Assembly (NCBI GenBank): GCA_038250865.1
Contig: JBBSBW010000031.1
Location: forward strand, 8,260-72,259
DNA length: 64,000 bases
Source of the DNA: Thermoanaerobaculia bacterium
GTDB taxonomy: Bacteria; Acidobacteriota; Thermoanaerobaculia; Multivoradales; UBA5704
Direction: 5' to 3'
A program made the position numbers and the translations under genes. This document shows positions 37,540 through 47,686 of this stretch, one piece after another. The notes under the pieces are model-generated. The model was given only the letters and a program-made list of their open reading frames with translations, was not told the origin of the DNA and made no database searches. Position 1 is the first letter of the stretch; every line of letters starts with the position of its first letter.

Positions 37540-38577
37540 ATGTTTCGGCCCGGCCCGCTCGTCCTTCAGGCAGCGCTCCTGCTCGCTTCGGCCTGCGGCC
37601 GCACCGAGCCGGCGAAGATCGCGGAGCCGCCCGGCCCCTCGGCCGAACCGAAGCTCGTTCGCAGCACCGTCGCTTTCACCCTCCAAGAGAAGGATCTGAT
37701 TCCCGAAGGGATCGCGGCCGATCCGAAGACCGGCCGGCTGTTCGTCGGCAGCGTCGAGAAGCGAAAGATCGTCGCCCTCTCCGCCGACGGCAAGGAGACG
37801 AGCTTCGTCCCCAGCGGAGCGGCGGGCCTGGGTCCCGTGATCGGCCTGCGAGTCGATCCGGCCCGCGGATGGCTGTGGGCGGTCTCCGAACCGACCGGCC
37901 GGCCGAAGAGCGATCCCGGAACGTTTCGCGGCCTCTACGCCTTCACCCTCCAAGACGGCTCCCTCGCGGCAAGAATCCAGCTGCCGCGCTCGTTCGGCAC
38001 GGTCCATGCGCTGAACGACCTCTGTATCGATGCCGATGGAACGATTTACGTCACGGACAGCAATCCCGGTGCGATCTTCTACGCCAAGTCGGGAGAGAAA
38101 AAGCTCTCCGCCCTTTCGCTCGATCCGGAAGCCAAGAAAGCCCTCCGCTTCGCCAACGGCATCGCCTGCGCGGCGCAGAGAAACCGCCTTTACGTCGCGG
38201 TGGCGACCGGCCTGGCGGTAGTAGATCCAAAAACCGGAACCCTCCGCGTTCTCGCCACCCCGGAGGGCTTTCCTTCAGGCGGCCTCGGCGGCTGCGACGG
38301 GCTCTACCTCGAAGCCCCGGACCGACTGGTAGCGATCCAAAACGGCCACGGCGCCGAGCGAGTCCTCCGCGCCACCCTGGACGCCACCGGCCTCGCCATC
38401 GCGCACATCGAAACCCTGGAAGTCGGCCAGCCGCTCTACGAGATCCCCACCACCGGCGCGCTCCTAAACGGAGCGCTCTACCTGATCGCCAACAGCCAGG
38501 TCGGTAATTACGACGAGGTCGGCAACCTAGACCGCCGCGGGCTTAAGCGGCCGGTGATTTTGCGGTTGGGGCTGTAG
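37540..38577 (+). CDS. SMP-30/gluconolactonase-like beta-propeller lipoprotein
   Basis: Lipobox-like LASAC, PEGIA, NDL...DG.IYVTDS, ANGIA and DGLYL repeats. Confidence 0.8.
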   Translation: MFRPGPLVLQAALLLASACGRTEPAKIAEPPGPSAEPKLVRSTVAFTLQEKDLIPEGIAADPKTGRLFVGSVEKRKIVALSADGKETSFVPSGAAGLGPVIGLRVDPARGWLWAVSEPTGRPKSDPGTFRGLYAFTLQDGSLAARIQLPRSFGTVHALNDLCIDADGTIYVTDSNPGAIFYAKSGEKKLSALSLDPEAKKALRFANGIACAAQRNRLYVAVATGLAVVDPKTGTLRVLATPEGFPSGGLGGCDGLYLEAPDRLVAIQNGHGAERVLRATLDATGLAIAHIETLEVGQPLYEIPTTGALLNGALYLIANSQVGNYDEVGNLDRRGLKRPVILRLGL

Positions 38578-41500
38578 ATGAGCCCTGAACCCCTCATCGG
38601 AGCGGAGGACCACCCCCTATCCAAGCGTATGCGGGCCTTCGGGTGTCCGGATCTCATCCCACTCGACCAACCGCTCTCGACCCCTCTGCAGATCGAATAC
38701 CTGGACCTGCTTCCCAGGAAGGGAACCACCTCTGCGCCTCTGGTGTCCGGCGTCGCCGAGCACCAGGGAACGGCCTTGCTCTACGTCTTGGACGCCGATA
38801 GCGAGGGTGTTGACGCCGCTAAAATCGCCGAGATCCAACGCCAACTCGCCAACCGCAGCGACCCCGCCTGGCTTGGAGTGGCACGCCCCGGTTCTCTCGA
38901 TCTTTTCCCCATCGGCTTTCGCGAGACGGCAACTACCGCGCCCGCAAAAGTGATCTCCGAAAAGGATAGGACTGCGCCCTTTTTCTTCCAGAGTCTGGTC
39001 CACGGCACATTCTCAGAAGGCGAGGGAGTCCAGGGCGCCGACTACGTCTTCAAAAAGATCTTTGACCTCTTGACGCAAACCATTGATGAATACGTTGGAG
39101 AGGGCGCCACAGGGCACGGGCTTCAACCCCTCGACGTTCTTTCGATGGCCGGACGCGCGCTCTTCTTCCGCTTTCTCATCGACCGCAAGATCGTGCTCGC
39201 TTCGGAACGAGAGGAGATCTGCCCGGCGGCTGATGGACTGAAGGACGCCTTCGCCAGCGCCGAGAAGGCCGCGCAAACTTCCGCGTGGCTCGACGAGACC
39301 TTCAACGGCGACTTCTTACGCCTCATCGACGAGTCGATCCCGGCCACCGATCGGGCTGCGCGCCAAGAGGCCTACCTGCAGTTCTACCGGCAAATCGAAC
39401 GCCGCGCGGGGAAGAAGTTTTTCGATCACCTCCACGCCATTTTGAACGGCTGGCGAAATACCGGAGGCGGGTTCCAACAGGAGCTGGACTGGGACGATCT
39501 CGACTTCGCCCACATCCCCGTGGGGGTCTTGAGCCAGGTCTACGAGAGCTTCAGCCACCGGGCCGATCCCGTTACGGCCCGCGAGACAAGCGTTCACTAC
39601 ACACCGCGCACGATCGCACGGCTTCTCGTGGACCAAGCTTTTGCAGCGGTCCCGGATCCTGCGGGGGCGATGGTCTTGGATCCTGCCTGCGGCGCGGGGA
39701 TTTTCCTGGTTCTCGCCCTGCGTCGCCTCGTCAGCGAGCGCTGGCAACTCGACCAGAAGCGGCCCAACACCCGTACGATCCAAAACATCCTCTATGGCCA
39801 ACTGCGCGGCTTCGACGTCAGCGAGTCGGCCTTACGCCTGGCGGCTCTCGCGCTTTACATAACTGCCATCGAGCTGAACGGTACGCAGCGCCCGCCGAAC
39901 GCGCTAAAATTCCCCAAGGATCTTCGGGAAGGGGTGCTTTTCCATTTCGGCGACGATTCGCCGGAAGAGGCGGCATTCTCTCTGGGTAGCCTGGGACCGC
40001 GCGTCCCGCCGGAGCTCGATGGCGCCTTCGACCTCGTGATCGGTAACCCGCCCTGGACGCGCCTTCGCGAGGAAGAACTGCAGAGAACGGGTCGCAAAAG
40101 AAAGCCAGGTACGACGAACAAGACGGCCGCTCTGAATGTTGAGTTCACCAGGATCGGGCAGCGAGTGCTTTGGGAACGAGGACTCGGCGAACTGGCGAAA
40201 CGTTACAAGAACCCGGACAAGAATCCCGACCTTCCTTTTCTCTGGCGGGCCACCGAGTGGGCCAAGAAGTCGACCGGCGTCATCGCTCTTGCCCTGCCCG
40301 CCAGACTCATTGGGCGCACAAGTGGAAAAGGTTACGCGGCTTGGATGGCGATCCTGAAAAGCCTCTCGGTGACGGGCCTGATCAACGGTGCTGATTTGAG
40401 GAAGACTCCCGTCTGGGAATCGATGGACATACCTTTCTGCCTGCTCTTCGCGCGCAATACCGCGCCGCCTCCGGATCATCGCTTCATCTTCGCGGCCCCT
40501 CTCCACGAGCCCGGGTTGAATCAGCAAAGCCGCTTTCGCCTCGACTACGAGACGGCCAGACCGGTCAGCGTCGAGCGGATCGAGCGTCAACCTTGGGTTC
40601 TCAAGACGCTGTCTCTGGGTACGTGGCGGGATGTCGAAGTGATGGAAAACATTCTACGGGCCTTCCCTCAGAGTTTGGCGGCGTTTTGGCAGGAGTGGAA
40701 CCCGGAGGAGGACAAGACCGGGCAGGGATTCAACGTTTCTTCCGGTTTGGCTCAAAAGACCGCTGATTTCTTGGCCGACCTTAAGGTCTTCGCACCACCC
40801 GACGACGGCGTCGCCCTAGAGGTTCGGGCTCTAGAGACTTTTTTTGAGCAATATGGTCAGAGAACCGCCCACATGCCCCGGACCAAGAATCTCTTTCAGC
40901 CTCCCCTGCTCATCGTTCCCCAGTCGCCCGGCGCCGATCAAAAAAGCACCCGCGCTTACCTTTCGCGGGAAGCCCTGGCCTTCTCCCAGAGTAACTACGG
41001 CTACTCGTGCGCCGGTCACCCTGAAGCCGAGACGCTGGCGGCGCTGCTCTATCTGCTACCTCACTCGACGCTCTTCTCCTACTTCTGCCTGATGTCCAGC
41101 CGGCGAGCCGGCTTCGACCGGCAGACCTTCAACAAGGAGGAGTTCGACGCGATCCCTTTCCCCGACCCCCTTCTGCTTGCGGCGCCGGAGAAATCTGCGA
41201 TTCAAAGGCTCGCGCGCGAGTTGGAGACCAACCGGGCACTCAGCCGGGGCGCGACCGATTCCTTCCTGTTTCGCCTGTACGGCCTTGATGACGAAGCCGC
41301 ACAAACCGTTCGCGACACTCTGTTTTCTGCCATGTCGTACCGCCGACAGGGTAGCGCGGCTTTAGAGCGCACAACCCAGCCGGATCGCGAACCGTTCCGC
41401 CAGGAGCTGTGCGACCTTCTGGCGCCATACTTCAACGTCTGTGGCGAACAGGTCTTCGTCGAAGAAACGCGCGATCAACCGGACAAGTGGGAGCAGCCTT

Positions 41501-41748
41501 GGTTCTTTCTCGCCCTCTCGCGGGCGCCGGAATCGGTCGCTGTGAGCCCTCCCCTGCTGCGTAAGGCCATGCAGGAAGCCAACGAGCGTTCGGCGAGCCG
41601 GATCTTCGTCAGGCTGCCCGGCAAGCGGGGCCTGCTGCTGGGGCTGCTCAACGAGCGCCGCTGGTGGACGATCACCCGGGCACGCCTTTGCGGCCAGGCG
41701 ATTCTCCGGCAGCACCTCGACGCCTTCGGCTTGCCCGAGACGGTATGA
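38578..41748 (+). CDS. Large N6-adenine (or N4-C) DNA methyltransferase with probable C-terminal target-recognition region
   Basis: HYTPRTIA, VLDPACGAGIFL (motif I), DLVIGNPPW (motif IV), GVIALALP. Confidence 0.9.
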   Translation: MSPEPLIGAEDHPLSKRMRAFGCPDLIPLDQPLSTPLQIEYLDLLPRKGTTSAPLVSGVAEHQGTALLYVLDADSEGVDAAKIAEIQRQLANRSDPAWLGVARPGSLDLFPIGFRETATTAPAKVISEKDRTAPFFFQSLVHGTFSEGEGVQGADYVFKKIFDLLTQTIDEYVGEGATGHGLQPLDVLSMAGRALFFRFLIDRKIVLASEREEICPAADGLKDAFASAEKAAQTSAWLDETFNGDFLRLIDESIPATDRAARQEAYLQFYRQIERRAGKKFFDHLHAILNGWRNTGGGFQQELDWDDLDFAHIPVGVLSQVYESFSHRADPVTARETSVHYTPRTIARLLVDQAFAAVPDPAGAMVLDPACGAGIFLVLALRRLVSERWQLDQKRPNTRTIQNILYGQLRGFDVSESALRLAALALYITAIELNGTQRPPNALKFPKDLREGVLFHFGDDSPEEAAFSLGSLGPRVPPELDGAFDLVIGNPPWTRLREEELQRTGRKRKPGTTNKTAALNVEFTRIGQRVLWERGLGELAKRYKNPDKNPDLPFLWRATEWAKKSTGVIALALPARLIGRTSGKGYAAWMAILKSLSVTGLINGADLRKTPVWESMDIPFCLLFARNTAPPPDHRFIFAAPLHEPGLNQQSRFRLDYETARPVSVERIERQPWVLKTLSLGTWRDVEVMENILRAFPQSLAAFWQEWNPEEDKTGQGFNVSSGLAQKTADFLADLKVFAPPDDGVALEVRALETFFEQYGQRTAHMPRTKNLFQPPLLIVPQSPGADQKSTRAYLSREALAFSQSNYGYSCAGHPEAETLAALLYLLPHSTLFSYFCLMSSRRAGFDRQTFNKEEFDAIPFPDPLLLAAPEKSAIQRLARELETNRALSRGATDSFLFRLYGLDDEAAQTVRDTLFSAMSYRRQGSAALERTTQPDREPFRQELCDLLAPYFNVCGEQVFVEETRDQPDKWEQPWFFLALSRAPESVAVSPPLLRKAMQEANERSASRIFVRLPGKRGLLLGLLNERRWWTITRARLCGQAILRQHLDAFGLPETV

Positions 41749-42497
41749 ATCGAACCCAGGTGGATGGGTTCTTCACCCACGGCATCCGGCCCGAGGACTA
41801 CCGGCTGCCGCACCCGCGGCTCGGGTTGCCGGTGATCCTTCTGGTCCGCCGCGTTCTCGTTCGAGCTTTCGAGATCCTGTCGGAAGGGGGACGCTCCTTG
41901 GCAATGCAGGACGAGGACAGCGTCACCATGGCGCTTCGGAACATCATCGAGAATGACCTTCGCCAGAACGGCCGGGTCCCAGGTTTCAATCGTCACACCT
42001 TCGACTTTGTATCTCGTCCGGCTCAGGTGGAGAATTTCGATCACACCAAGCGGGGGAAGGCACCGGACCTGTGCTTCCGGCTACGCAACGACGAAGAAGA
42101 ACCGCGCCCGGTTCTCCCCGTTCATGACGCGCTCTTCGTGGAGTGCAAACCCGTGGACAAGACCCACGCCGCGGGCGGGGCGTACTGTGACAACGGTCTC
42201 TGCCGATTTATCGACGGCGACTACGCTTGGGCGATGGAAGAGGCGATGATGCTCGGCTATACCCGGGCGAACCGAACCATCGCCACACACCTGATCCCCG
42301 CGATGCAGGAACCCAAACGCCGCGAAGCGCTGAAGACGGTCGAGCTACCTCGCCCGGTTCTCCTCACCGAAGCGGCTAATGGGCCGGAGACAGAGACCCT
42401 CCACGTCAGCCGCCATCGGAGAGGCTTCACCTGGCTGGACGGCAAAGGCCCGGCGACCGATATCTGGATCTACCACTCCTGGCACCGGTGCGATTAG
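41745..42497 (+). CDS. Putative PD-(D/E)XK endonuclease coupled to the MTase
   Basis: Start MNRTQ, ATGA overlap with the MTase stop; KAPDLCF...FVECKP motif. Confidence 0.65.
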   Translation: MNRTQVDGFFTHGIRPEDYRLPHPRLGLPVILLVRRVLVRAFEILSEGGRSLAMQDEDSVTMALRNIIENDLRQNGRVPGFNRHTFDFVSRPAQVENFDHTKRGKAPDLCFRLRNDEEEPRPVLPVHDALFVECKPVDKTHAAGGAYCDNGLCRFIDGDYAWAMEEAMMLGYTRANRTIATHLIPAMQEPKRREALKTVELPRPVLLTEAANGPETETLHVSRHRRGFTWLDGKGPATDIWIYHSWHRCD

Positions 42498-42544
42498 AAC
42501 ACCGAGAGCAGGTAAGTCCGCCCTTGAGGGCGCCGCGGATGAGG

Positions 42545-43696
42545 TCAACTCTCCCATCCACTTTCGTGTGTCCAGTCCAAGAGCTTTCTTTTGAGCAGCT
42601 CTTTGGACGGCAGGTAGAGCTTGTATTCGCGGGCGTGAATGTTGGCGTCCTTGGGCAGGGTCAACTCGACGATCGCGTCCTTCTTTCGCTTGCAGAGGAC
42701 GATTCCGAGGGTGGGGTTCTCCTCAGGCAGTTTCACGTAGCGGTCGAAGTAGTTCACGTACATTTGCATCTGGCCGAGGTCCTGGTGGGTCAGCTTGTCG
42801 AGCTTGAGATCGACCAAGACGTAACAGCGCAGGAGGCGGTTGTAGAATACGAGGTCGACGAAGAAATGGTCCTCGTCAAACGTGAAGCGCCGCTGCCGGG
42901 ATTCAAAGAGGAACCCTTTGCCCAGCTCGAGCAGGAAGCGTTCGATCCGGTCGATGATCGCCTGTTCGAGGTCAGACTCCGAATAGCTGGCCTTCTCGTC
43001 GAGCCCGAGGAATTCAAGGACGTACGGCTCCTTCAAAAGATCTTCCGGACGGGTGATGATCTGGCCCTCGGCGGCGAGCTTGCGGACCTCGCTCTTCTTC
43101 CGGCTGAGCGCGAGCCGCTCGTAGAGACTCGACGCCACCTGGCGCTTGAGTTCCTTCACGGACCATCCTTCTCGGGACGCCTCGATCTCGTAGAAGCTGC
43201 GTTCGTCGGGGTCCTTGAGGGTGAGTAGCAACACGTAGTGGGTCCAGCTAATGGTCAAGGGATGGGAAGATTTGGCAGTCGGCAGCTGCCAAATCTGGAG
43301 CGAGGCAGACGGCTGGGAGATTTCCCCCGGGAGAGATTTGGCAGTCGGCGACTGCCAAATCTCAGATCCGCGCTCCCGGTAGGTGAGATAGAAGGCACGG
43401 AAGCTTCTAAGATTCCGCGTCGAGAACCCCTTCCCAAACTCCTCCACCAGCCGAATCGACAGGGTCTTCAGGAGTTCCTGCCCATACTCGGCCCGCTTCT
43501 CGCCCTTCTGCTCGTGCTCGACGATGCGGCGACCGATCTCGAAGTTCGTGAGCACTTGAAGCGTATCGACCGTCGTCGCGGCCGCACGGCGGGCCGATTG
43601 AATAAGGCCCCGGACCTCGGCCACGAGCGCGGCGAGGTCGTCAGGCTTCTTCTTTGCCGGCACGGCGGCTTTTCTGGGTAGAGCCTTCTTTGTCAT
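42545..43696 (-). CDS. yhcG: YhcG/DUF1016-family PD-(D/E)XK nuclease
   Basis: Start MTKKAL; FEIGRRIVEHEQ.G..RAEYG, GFSTRNL, KEPYVLEFL, LELGKGF, VDLVFYNR...DLKL and GQMQMYVNY. Confidence 0.93.
   Translation of the reverse strand: MTKKALPRKAAVPAKKKPDDLAALVAEVRGLIQSARRAAATTVDTLQVLTNFEIGRRIVEHEQKGEKRAEYGQELLKTLSIRLVEEFGKGFSTRNLRSFRAFYLTYRERGSEIWQSPTAKSLPGEISQPSASLQIWQLPTAKSSHPLTISWTHYVLLLTLKDPDERSFYEIEASREGWSVKELKRQVASSLYERLALSRKKSEVRKLAAEGQIITRPEDLLKEPYVLEFLGLDEKASYSESDLEQAIIDRIERFLLELGKGFLFESRQRRFTFDEDHFFVDLVFYNRLLRCYVLVDLKLDKLTHQDLGQMQMYVNYFDRYVKLPEENPTLGIVLCKRKKDAIVELTLPKDANIHAREYKLYLPSKELLKRKLLDWTHESGWES
43268..43363. repeat. Two in-frame palindromic repeats inside yhcG
   Basis: 43268-43296 has an 11-bp perfect stem and 43333-43363 a 14-bp perfect stem; they encode IWQLPTAKS and IWQSPTAKS. 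Confidence 0.85.
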
Positions 43697-43898
43697 CGCT
43701 TGTAGACGCCTTGGAAATCGGACTCTATCGCAGCGGAAAGGAGGCGTAAAGGCGCATCCTCCGTTGCTCCTCCGTAGCTGAGCGAGGCGGCTGCCCGGTG
43801 GCCTTTGCGAAGTGCCCCCTGAGCGCCATGCAGCGGACCTCGTGTTTGGCATAAAATGCCTCATCGTTTCCGAATTTTTTTGAGAAGGGCGCCAAGAG

Positions 43899-46334
43899 AT
43901 GTGTTCGATCGTGTTTGTGGTGGTGGTCTTGTTGGTCTTGGTGATTGCCGCCGTGGGCTTCTCCACCGCCACCTCGAAGAGCGCTCCGCCGAGCCTTGTG
44001 GGGCCGAGCCGGGGTTTACCTACCCCCGAGGCCGACGCCGGCAGCGCCAACAACGAGTGGACCTGGATGGAAGGACCGCGCACTCAGCACCCGGCCGTGC
44101 CACAGGCCAGAGCGGCGCGTACGCAGCAACTAGCTATGAGAGCGGCGCATTTGCAGCACCCGGCTGTGCCACAGGCCAGAGCGGCACGTACGCAACAACC
44201 AGCTGCGCCACAGACCAGAGCCGCGACCCCGCCGGGTCCGCGAGCAAAATGGGTACCCCCTGGAGAGGCGGTCGAAGTCGCAGGCTTCTCCATTCCAGGG
44301 GGCATGCTTTACTTCGGCACCGGCCTCCCCCCGATCAAGGAATGGAGGGTCGCCACCGAACCGGCACTCATCAACCCAGGTCTTCGAGTCCAAACGTCAG
44401 GAGCGGATCTCGAAGGAAAGCTGCTGTCCTACTGGCCCTCCTATACAGAGATTCATCCCACCTCTCGGGCGGCTTACCTGACGTGGCTGGCCGGTGGCCG
44501 ATGCGCTCCTGACGCCGCCATCGGTTTCGTCTTCCTCTTTTTCTATGGGCTTGAGCGTCGGCTTCTGTTCGACCACGCACAATCTCCGATCCCTCCTGCC
44601 GAGCGCGAAGCCATTCAATCCGAGGTTGAGAGGCTGCTCCAGATCTACGGCCACAGTAACTCCTTCCGGCGTTATGCCTCCACACTCCATGGCCTGGGTT
44701 TTCTTTTGCGTGGCTCCGTCGACACGGAGACTCTAGCGCCGCCACGACACAGAGACGGGTGGGAGCTTCCCCTGGTAACACGCCTCACATTGGGCGTCCT
44801 CGCAACCGAAGGAAAGCGGCTGCCCGCAGAGTGGGCACACTCGTGGGTGTTGACCGCTCCTGACTTCTTTTTGCGGACCCCGGCCCAGCGCTGTCCGGAG
44901 GAGTTCAGTGAGCTTTTTCGTTTGCGGTATCAGGAGAGCTTCGGGGAGGGTCTGCCCCTTCGTCCTAACAAAACTCTCCTTAAAGTTGAATATCAACCGG
45001 CCAGCGCCTCATTTGGAGGAGTCGTTGCGCTAACCACCGATTTACCCGATATCGCGCGTACGACAGCGACGTTTGATCGCCTACGAAGCCTTGCGGAGCA
45101 GTGCACCCAAGAGCTCGATCCATACAGTCGCTGGGTTGGTAGGACGGGAGAGACGGCGAGTCCCCCTGCAGTAGCACTGCTTCCTGCGCCCCTGGCGCGT
45201 GGCCGGGGAAACGAAGCCACCCGAGCACTCGGCGACTGGCTCGAAACGCGGCTCGGAGGCCAGAACCTCACTTTGATCGATTCTGTAGGCCTCCTGGCGC
45301 ACTGGCCCAGCAAAGACCAGGCCCGCCCTTCCCGGCGCGAGCTTGAAACCCTCAGCGAGTTTCTCGCCTCGCGCGGGTTCGGAATCGAGCCAGACATCGC
45401 GTTGGGAGGTTCTGCTCTCTCCAAATCCCAGAGTGCGGCTCTCTTCCGCTTGCCGGGAGGCATACGTGACAAACCTTCGCCCGCATACCAAGGCGCGTCC
45501 GTGCTCCTACATCTTGCCGCGACCGTTGCCGCCGCCGACGGGGAGGTTTCCATGGCGGAGGAGCGTCATCTGATCGACCATCTCGACAAGGCTCTCAATC
45601 TTCCGGTCTCCGATCGAGTTCGTCTCGAAGCTCACTTTCGATGGCTCGCGGAGGCTCCTCCGAGCCTCGCTCGATCAAAGAAGGCCATCGAGGGCCTTTC
45701 ACAGGACGAACGCCGCGGCATCGCCGCCTTCTTGATCTCCTTGGCCGGCGCCGACGGTCATCTCGCTCCCGCCGAGATGGCGGCGCTGAGCAAGATCTAT
45801 CCGCTCCTCGGCCTTGAACCCCAATCGCTCTATGCCGACGTTCACCAGCTCATGAGCTCTCAGGTGGCGCCGGCAGAAGAGCCTGTCTCGGTGAGGCCGG
45901 CCGAGGTGCCGAAGGGTTACGGTATTTCGCCGCCGGCTAAGGCCAAGGCCTCACCGCAAGGCATCGAACTCGACCTGGCCAAAGTGCGGGCCAAGCTTTC
46001 GGAAACCGAACGGGTCTCCCGCCTTCTCGGCGAAATCTTCGTCGATGAGGAGTCGTCCACGCCGGCTCCGCCGCCCACCGTCAAACCGGCGGCTGACGAT
46101 TTCGCCATCGCCGGACTGGACGGTGCTCATTCCGCGCTTCTGCTCCGCCTCGGCGGTGCGCCAAGTTGGGAACGGGCTCAGGTCGAGCGCTTGGCCGACG
46201 CCCTGGGACTCCTTCCCGATGGCGCCCTTGAGGTCATTAATGAAGCGGCCATCAAGGCCTGCGGCGCGCCCCTGCTCGAAGGGGACGAGCTGATCGAACT
46301 CGACTCGGAAATCCTCCAGGAGATGCTGTCATGA
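43899..46334 (+). CDS. sngA: TerB_N/TerB/TerB_C protein, Shango SngA-like
   Basis: N-terminal TM, WVPPGEAVEVAG.SIPGGMLY, YWPSY, GFVFLFFYGLERR, AADG TerB motifs and C-terminal LGLLPDGALEVINE. Confidence 0.85.
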   Translation: MCSIVFVVVVLLVLVIAAVGFSTATSKSAPPSLVGPSRGLPTPEADAGSANNEWTWMEGPRTQHPAVPQARAARTQQLAMRAAHLQHPAVPQARAARTQQPAAPQTRAATPPGPRAKWVPPGEAVEVAGFSIPGGMLYFGTGLPPIKEWRVATEPALINPGLRVQTSGADLEGKLLSYWPSYTEIHPTSRAAYLTWLAGGRCAPDAAIGFVFLFFYGLERRLLFDHAQSPIPPAEREAIQSEVERLLQIYGHSNSFRRYASTLHGLGFLLRGSVDTETLAPPRHRDGWELPLVTRLTLGVLATEGKRLPAEWAHSWVLTAPDFFLRTPAQRCPEEFSELFRLRYQESFGEGLPLRPNKTLLKVEYQPASASFGGVVALTTDLPDIARTTATFDRLRSLAEQCTQELDPYSRWVGRTGETASPPAVALLPAPLARGRGNEATRALGDWLETRLGGQNLTLIDSVGLLAHWPSKDQARPSRRELETLSEFLASRGFGIEPDIALGGSALSKSQSAALFRLPGGIRDKPSPAYQGASVLLHLAATVAAADGEVSMAEERHLIDHLDKALNLPVSDRVRLEAHFRWLAEAPPSLARSKKAIEGLSQDERRGIAAFLISLAGADGHLAPAEMAALSKIYPLLGLEPQSLYADVHQLMSSQVAPAEEPVSVRPAEVPKGYGISPPAKAKASPQGIELDLAKVRAKLSETERVSRLLGEIFVDEESSTPAPPPTVKPAADDFAIAGLDGAHSALLLRLGGAPSWERAQVERLADALGLLPDGALEVINEAAIKACGAPLLEGDELIELDSEILQEMLS
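44085..44231 (+). repeat. 39-nt coding tandem repeat in the SngA linker
   Basis: Units at 44085, 44124 (30 nt, truncated), 44154 and 44193 encode QHPAVPQARAART-like peptides. Confidence 0.8.
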
Positions 46335-47686
46335 CCGAGAACCCCGCCGCCGCTCCCCAGAAACTTCGTTCCCGGGACCGGGACGCCATCATCCAATCCC
46401 TGCGCGCCGGGGTCGTGCCCCGGCGTGGCCATCAACACATCCAGGTTGGCCGCGCCGACGAGGTGAAAGCCCTGCTCCAGGATCTCGATCGCGTGGCAGA
46501 CGGCGGTTCTGCAATGCGCTTCGTCATCGGTGAATACGGGTCTGGAAAGACCTTCTTCCTACATCTGGTCCGCTCCATCGGTCTTGAGAAGGGTCTCGTC
46601 GCCGCCCATACCGATCTCTCGCCCAGCCGCCGGCTGCACTCAACCGGAGGGGAGGCTCGGTCTCTCTATTCCGATTTGATGGCGAACCTCGCCACCCGCA
46701 CACGACCGGAAGGCGGCGCCGTGCCGAGCGTTGTGGAGCGATTCGTCACTTCAGCCCTTCAGGAGGCGAAGGAGCGCAGCGTCGCGACGCGCACTGTTCT
46801 CGATGAACGCCTTGCGGCGCTCTCCGAGATGCCGGGCGGCTACGATTTCGCCGAAGTGATCGCCGCGTTCTGGCAGGGCCACGACGAAGCGAATGACCGA
46901 CTCAAGTCCGATGCCGTTCGCTGGCTGCGGGGAGAGTTCGCGACGCGGACCGATGCACGCAAGGCTTTGGGAGTACGCACGATCATCGACGACGCCAGCA
47001 TCTACGACCATCTGAAGCTTTTCGCGCGCTTCGTGCGCCTGGCCGGCTACGCGGGCCTCGTCGTTTGTTTCGACGAAATGGTCAACCTTTATAAGCTGAC
47101 CAACACCCGAGCGCGAAACAGCAACTATGAGCTGATCCTCCGCATCGTCAACGACAGCTTGCAGGGAACGGCGGTTGGCCTGGGTATCCTTTTTGGCGGT
47201 ACGCCGGAGTTCCTCATGGACCCGCGACGAGGCCTTTACAGCTACGAGGCGCTTCAGTCTCGCCTGGCGCAGAACCGCTTCGCCGCGGACGGGCTCAAAG
47301 ATTTGAGCGGCCCGGTCGTCCTTCTGCCGGGTCTCACTCCTGAAGAGCTTTTCGTCTTGTTCCACAACTTGCGCCACGTCTATGCCTCCGGCGATCCTGC
47401 CGCGTACCTATTGCCCGACGAAGCCTTCGTCGCCTTCATGGAGCACTGCTCGCAGCGGATCGGCGACGCCTACTTCCGAACGCCGCGCAGCACCATTCGG
47501 GCATTCCTAGAGCTTCTCGCGGTGCTCGAACAGAATCCGCAGATCGACTGGCGGCAACTTTTGGGAAATATCGAGTTGGTCGCCGAAACCAATCCGGATC
47601 TGGAGCCGCTCGAAGAAGAGAACGACATCGGCCCGGAGGCCGCCACCCAAACCGGGGATGACGACCTTGCCTCTTTCCGGCTCTGA
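46331..47686 (+). CDS. sngB: DUF2791/BrxD-like P-loop ATPase, Shango SngB-like
   Basis: SLRAGVVP, GEYGSGKT, FDEMVNL and LQSRL; ATGA overlap with sngA. Confidence 0.88.
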   Translation: MTENPAAAPQKLRSRDRDAIIQSLRAGVVPRRGHQHIQVGRADEVKALLQDLDRVADGGSAMRFVIGEYGSGKTFFLHLVRSIGLEKGLVAAHTDLSPSRRLHSTGGEARSLYSDLMANLATRTRPEGGAVPSVVERFVTSALQEAKERSVATRTVLDERLAALSEMPGGYDFAEVIAAFWQGHDEANDRLKSDAVRWLRGEFATRTDARKALGVRTIIDDASIYDHLKLFARFVRLAGYAGLVVCFDEMVNLYKLTNTRARNSNYELILRIVNDSLQGTAVGLGILFGGTPEFLMDPRRGLYSYEALQSRLAQNRFAADGLKDLSGPVVLLPGLTPEELFVLFHNLRHVYASGDPAAYLLPDEAFVAFMEHCSQRIGDAYFRTPRSTIRAFLELLAVLEQNPQIDWRQLLGNIELVAETNPDLEPLEEENDIGPEAATQTGDDDLASFRL

